Part shown: in pieces, positions 53,295 through 56,508 of the stretch
Layout of the letters: each line of letters starts with the position of its first letter
How positions within the stretch are numbered: the stretch's first letter is position 1
Assembly: GCA_934130235.1 (NCBI GenBank)
Contig: CAKOXU010000002.1
Coordinates: forward strand, 1 to 56,508
Reading direction: 5' to 3'
DNA length: 56,508 bases
DNA from: an uncultured Bacilli bacterium
Lineage (GTDB): Bacteria > Bacillota_I > Bacilli_A > RF39 > UBA660
Position numbers and translations under genes: made by a program
The notes under the pieces: model-generated
Database searches by the model: none
What the model was told of the DNA's origin: nothing
What the model saw: only the letters and a program-made list of their open reading frames with translations

Positions 53295-53608
53295 AATTCA
53301 TTAATATACTTTTTTATCTGTTTAGCGCTCGGACCTAAAATAATCTTTAATTGATTATCTATTTCAACTATTCCCTGCGCTCCCATTCTTTGAATTCCTT
53401 CTTTATTAGCCTTTGATACATCTTTTAGATTAACTATGAATCTAGATTTGTTAAATTCATAATCTAAAACATTATCCTTACCTCCTAATAACATTATTAA
53501 TTTATTTGCCTCTAATTTAAAATCTTTTCTAGTTGAACGTGCAATCGCTACTGCTATAATAAGACATATTATAATTATAATTATATATTCAATCCTCATA
53601 TTAATCAC
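53288..53608 (-). CDS. Membrane-anchored PTS EIIB(Glc)-like domain protein lacking the phospho-cysteine
   Basis: 106 aa. N-terminal TM helix, then GGKDNVLDYEFNKSRFIVNLKDVSKANKEGIQRMGAQGIV, which aligns without gaps to E. coli PtsG IIB [40 protein letters not shown]. Asn replaces Cys421. Confidence 0.6.
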   Translation of the reverse strand: MINMRIEYIIIIIICLIIAVAIARSTRKDFKLEANKLIMLLGGKDNVLDYEFNKSRFIVNLKDVSKANKEGIQRMGAQGIVEIDNQLKIILGPSAKQIKKYINELK

Positions 53609-53706
53609 CTATATAATTATACTATACTTTTAAAAAAAAATAAATATTTTATATTTTTAATTGTATATTTAATTTTTTTAGTATAAAATAATAAATGGTG
53701 AGATAC

Positions 53707-54831
53707 ATGAAATTAATAAAAAACTTTAAAATAGATATTAGTATACTTATATGTATTTTACTATTGTGTATAATAAGTTTAATATCAATAAACTCCGCAC
53801 AATATCTGATAGATGATAAAACACTAGTATTTAAACAAATTCTTTGGTATACATTAGGATTTATAGTAGCTTTTATAATTATGATTATAGGAAATAAATC
53901 ACTAATTAAATATTCTTATATTATGTATATAATTGGGATAATATTATTAATATTAGTTTTATTCTTCGGTGCAGATATAAATAATAGTAAATGCTGGTTT
54001 AAAATACCAGGTATAGGTAATTTTCAACCTAGTGAATTTATGAAAATAATATTAATATTAGTATTAAGTAATCAAATAGATAAATTTAGAGAAAATAATC
54101 CATCTCCTAGTGTTAAAGACGAATTTATATTTTTATTAAAAATAATGATTATAGTATTAATACCTAGTATACTTACATTTTTGGAACCCGATACTGGTGT
54201 TGTATTAATATATTTATTAATAACATTTATTATGTTACTAATAAGTGGTGTGAGATATAGATGGTTTATACTTGTAATAAGTATATTATTACTATCTATT
54301 GGAACAATATTAGGACTATACTTTTTAAACAATGATTTATTTATAAAAATATTTGGTTCTAGTTTCTTTCTTAGAATAGATAGATTATTGGATTGGTCAA
54401 ATGGATCTGGATATCAATTAGAACAAGGAATTACTTCTATAGGGTCTGCAGGACTACTAGGTTTTGGGCTTAATAAGACACCTATATACTTTCCAGAGCC
54501 TCAAACTGATTTTATATTTGCTGTATACTCAAATAATTTTGGATTTATAGGATCAGTAATACTGATATCAGTACTTACAATATTTGATATAAAATTAATA
54601 AAATTGGCAATTGAGTCTGAAAAAAATATTAATAAATATTTAATAGCCGGTATAGTTGGTATGCTTATATATCAGCAAGTTCAAAATATAGGTATGACAA
54701 TAGGTTTAATGCCTATTACAGGTATCACATTACCTTTTATATCATATGGTGGATCTAGCTTACTTAGTTATATGATTATGATTGGTATTATATTTAATAT
54801 TTCAAAAGAAAATATTATTTATAGAAATTAA
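53707..54831 (+). CDS. SEDS-family peptidoglycan glycosyltransferase (FtsW/RodA/SpoVE)
   Basis: ~374 aa, 10 TM. PEPQTDFIFAV and LPFISYGGSS motifs. Start placed at MKLIKNF after GGTGAG (the track ORF starts 4 codons earlier). Confidence 0.9.
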   Translation: MKLIKNFKIDISILICILLLCIISLISINSAQYLIDDKTLVFKQILWYTLGFIVAFIIMIIGNKSLIKYSYIMYIIGIILLILVLFFGADINNSKCWFKIPGIGNFQPSEFMKIILILVLSNQIDKFRENNPSPSVKDEFIFLLKIMIIVLIPSILTFLEPDTGVVLIYLLITFIMLLISGVRYRWFILVISILLLSIGTILGLYFLNNDLFIKIFGSSFFLRIDRLLDWSNGSGYQLEQGITSIGSAGLLGFGLNKTPIYFPEPQTDFIFAVYSNNFGFIGSVILISVLTIFDIKLIKLAIESEKNINKYLIAGIVGMLIYQQVQNIGMTIGLMPITGITLPFISYGGSSLLSYMIMIGIIFNISKENIIYRN

Positions 54832-54860
54832 AAAAAGAAATAGTTTTCTATTTCTTTTTT
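54831..54860. terminator. Bidirectional terminator between the SEDS gene and the first GNAT gene
   Basis: Stem AGAAATAG/CTATTTCT with a TTTT loop, flanked by an A-run and a T-run. Confidence 0.65.
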
Positions 54861-54876
54861 ATATAATAGTATTCTT

Positions 54877-55380
54877 TTATGGGCACCTATATAAATTCTC
54901 TTTATAAGTTTTATCCATTAAATTAAAATCACATTCTTTTATAAATATACAGCCCATTTTTTTATAAAAATTATTAGATGGGTTTTCTTTTATACAGCTT
55001 ACTATATTAGTTTCATATGTTTTTTTTAATATATTATTAGCAGCCATAAATAATTGTTTTCCTATTCCCTTTTTTATCACTTCATTTTTTACATATAAAG
55101 CCATAATTTCTCCATGATTTTCATAACCTGCTTTTATTGCTTTTCCTATCTTACAGAATCCAACTACTTCATTGTTGAACACTGCAACTAAATAATTATT
55201 ATTATTTTTAATATTTTCTTGTATTCGTAATATAGTATTTTTCATACTCTCTTCATCACTTAAACTATTTAAAAAATCTTTAGGGAAAATATTTTTATAT
55301 GTTTTTTGCCAGCTACCAATATTTATTTTTGCAATACTTTCTGCATCTGAAAATATTGCTTTTCTTATATTTAACTTCAT
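54877..55380 (-). CDS. GNAT-family N-acetyltransferase
   Basis: 167 aa. Acetyl-CoA motif IKKGIGKQL. Confidence 0.8.
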   Translation of the reverse strand: MKLNIRKAIFSDAESIAKINIGSWQKTYKNIFPKDFLNSLSDEESMKNTILRIQENIKNNNNYLVAVFNNEVVGFCKIGKAIKAGYENHGEIMALYVKNEVIKKGIGKQLFMAANNILKKTYETNIVSCIKENPSNNFYKKMGCIFIKECDFNLMDKTYKENLYRCP

Positions 55381-55391
55381 CGAACAATCTC

Positions 55392-55877
55392 CTAATTAAT
55401 TTTTTTAATAACCCTATTCATTCTATTGTTATACCCTTTATTACTATAAAAACTAAAGGCTTTTTTATTATATGCAAATACATCTATCAATATATATTCA
55501 CAATTCATACTTTTAAAATAACTTTCCATTTTATTCATAAGTATATTTCCTATACCTTTACTTCTTACATTCTTAGAAACTATTAATTCAGTTATTTCCC
55601 CTCTTTTAGGGCATTTGTAATCTAAATAATCATATTCATCATATGGAAAAATACAGCCCATAATTAATCCTATGGCTTTTTCATCTTCAACCGCTAGATA
55701 ACATTTACCATTATTATTTTTAACTTCTTCTAAATCTAATAAAGCCATTTTATCTCTATAATCTTTATGAAGACAATCCAAATTATCTTTATCAATGGAT
55801 ATAATATATTCTTCTAATTCAACCAATAAATCTTTTACATCATCTAGATATTTATCCTCATATTCTACTATTTTCAT
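55392..55877 (-). CDS. GNAT-family N-acetyltransferase
   Basis: 161 aa. VRSKGIGNIL motif. Confidence 0.8.
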   Translation of the reverse strand: MKIVEYEDKYLDDVKDLLVELEEYIISIDKDNLDCLHKDYRDKMALLDLEEVKNNNGKCYLAVEDEKAIGLIMGCIFPYDEYDYLDYKCPKRGEITELIVSKNVRSKGIGNILMNKMESYFKSMNCEYILIDVFAYNKKAFSFYSNKGYNNRMNRVIKKIN

Positions 55878-56475
55878 TATTAAAATAATCCTCTCTAGTT
55901 AATTCATATTTAGAGAAAGTTAATAGTCCATTATAAAAGGTATAAGGTGATTCATCTACTACTTCTCCAACTTTATTAAATCTTAATTTTTCAAATATTC
56001 TACAAGATGCTATATTATCTTTTACTGCACAAGAGGAAATACCATTTATTTCTACATCTTTAAGCATATAATCTATCATCGCTTTAGCAGCTTCTGTTGC
56101 ATAGCCTTTTCCTTGATAAGCCGGATCAATGTACCAACCTACATCACGAATTGTTATATCTTCTCCACTTTCTTGAGCAGATACTTGTCCTATTATTTCT
56201 TCATGACCACTATTGGTGTATTCAGTTTTTAAGAATACACTCCATACAAATACATCATTATTATCTGCTTTAAGAACTTTAGACCTATAAAACTTCTCTT
56301 GATTTTTCCAAGTCCAATGATCAGGGTTATTTGCATGCTTTTTAGCACCTACTAAATACCATTTATTTACTTCTGGTATCATTAATATCTCCCATAATCT
56401 TTTTTGTTCTTTCATCCTAGAACTTCTTAAAATTAGTCTTTCTGTTTCTATTGTTTTACTACCAATCAGATTCAT
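55858..56475 (-). CDS. GNAT-family N-acetyltransferase (RimJ/RimL-like)
   Basis: 205 aa. TERLILR N-terminus typical of the RimJ/L subgroup. YQGKGYATEA motif. Confidence 0.8.
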   Translation of the reverse strand: MNLIGSKTIETERLILRSSRMKEQKRLWEILMIPEVNKWYLVGAKKHANNPDHWTWKNQEKFYRSKVLKADNNDVFVWSVFLKTEYTNSGHEEIIGQVSAQESGEDITIRDVGWYIDPAYQGKGYATEAAKAMIDYMLKDVEINGISSCAVKDNIASCRIFEKLRFNKVGEVVDESPYTFYNGLLTFSKYELTREDYFNNENSRI

Positions 56476-56508
56476 ATTATCACCTCGCTATTTTAATGAT
56501 TTTATTAT

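Overview
Very AT-rich chromosomal segment (by eye about three quarters A+T, not computed) from a Gram-positive, low-GC Bacillota-type bacterium using the standard genetic code. It holds about 60 genes. All but two (a tspO-like gene and a SEDS ftsW/rodA-like gene) are on the minus strand, and many have overlapping or 1-10 nt spaced stops and starts.

Content by ascending coordinate (the minus-strand genes are transcribed in the opposite direction):
- Bce-type peptide-antibiotic sensing and detoxification module (RR-HK, ABC ATPase-permease), translationally coupled to a VanZ-RDD fusion.
- Five-gene TetR / LiaF-like / DUF4097-like / ABC operon.
- RpoD-family sigma factor, then an orphan holin-endolysin cassette.
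- Envelope-lipid cluster: plsC-like, acyl-AMP ligase, plsC-like, vanZ, PAP2.
- tRNA-Ser(GCU).
- Sigma-F-type operon (orf78, STAS, sigma) with no anti-sigma kinase.
- clpC with two coupled unknown genes and a small cse60-like ORF that is below the ORF-track cutoff.
- Cell-wall genes: M23 peptidase, YgjP-like peptidase, mraY, two tandem murE paralogs.
- fmt, a P-type ATPase, pflB-pflA, ligA, cca, HU.
- CIRCE-controlled hrcA-grpE-dnaK-pepF-dnaJ operon.
- GluP-like rhomboid, tspO, tex, ltaS, tmk.
- Orphan histidine kinase preceded by two perfect Spo0A boxes.
- Cys-less membrane-anchored PTS-EIIB-like protein, a SEDS protein, and three tandem GNAT genes.

I saw no CRISPR array, rRNA, transposase, integrase or recognisable defence genes.

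Most of the window is housekeeping. The best candidates for undescribed biology are:
1. The kinase-less sigma-F/STAS module, whose STAS protein has Phe at the phospho-serine position. It sits next to clpC and three unassignable small proteins.
2. GrpE with a metallothionein-like N-terminus carrying 12 cysteines.
3. Tandem MurE paralogs with different substrate-selectivity motifs, separated by a terminator-like hairpin that sequesters the Shine-Dalgarno sequence.
4. A recurring TTTGTCGA(A/T) Spo0A-box-like motif in front of sporulation-type genes.

All family assignments come from motif recognition by eye. No database search was run.
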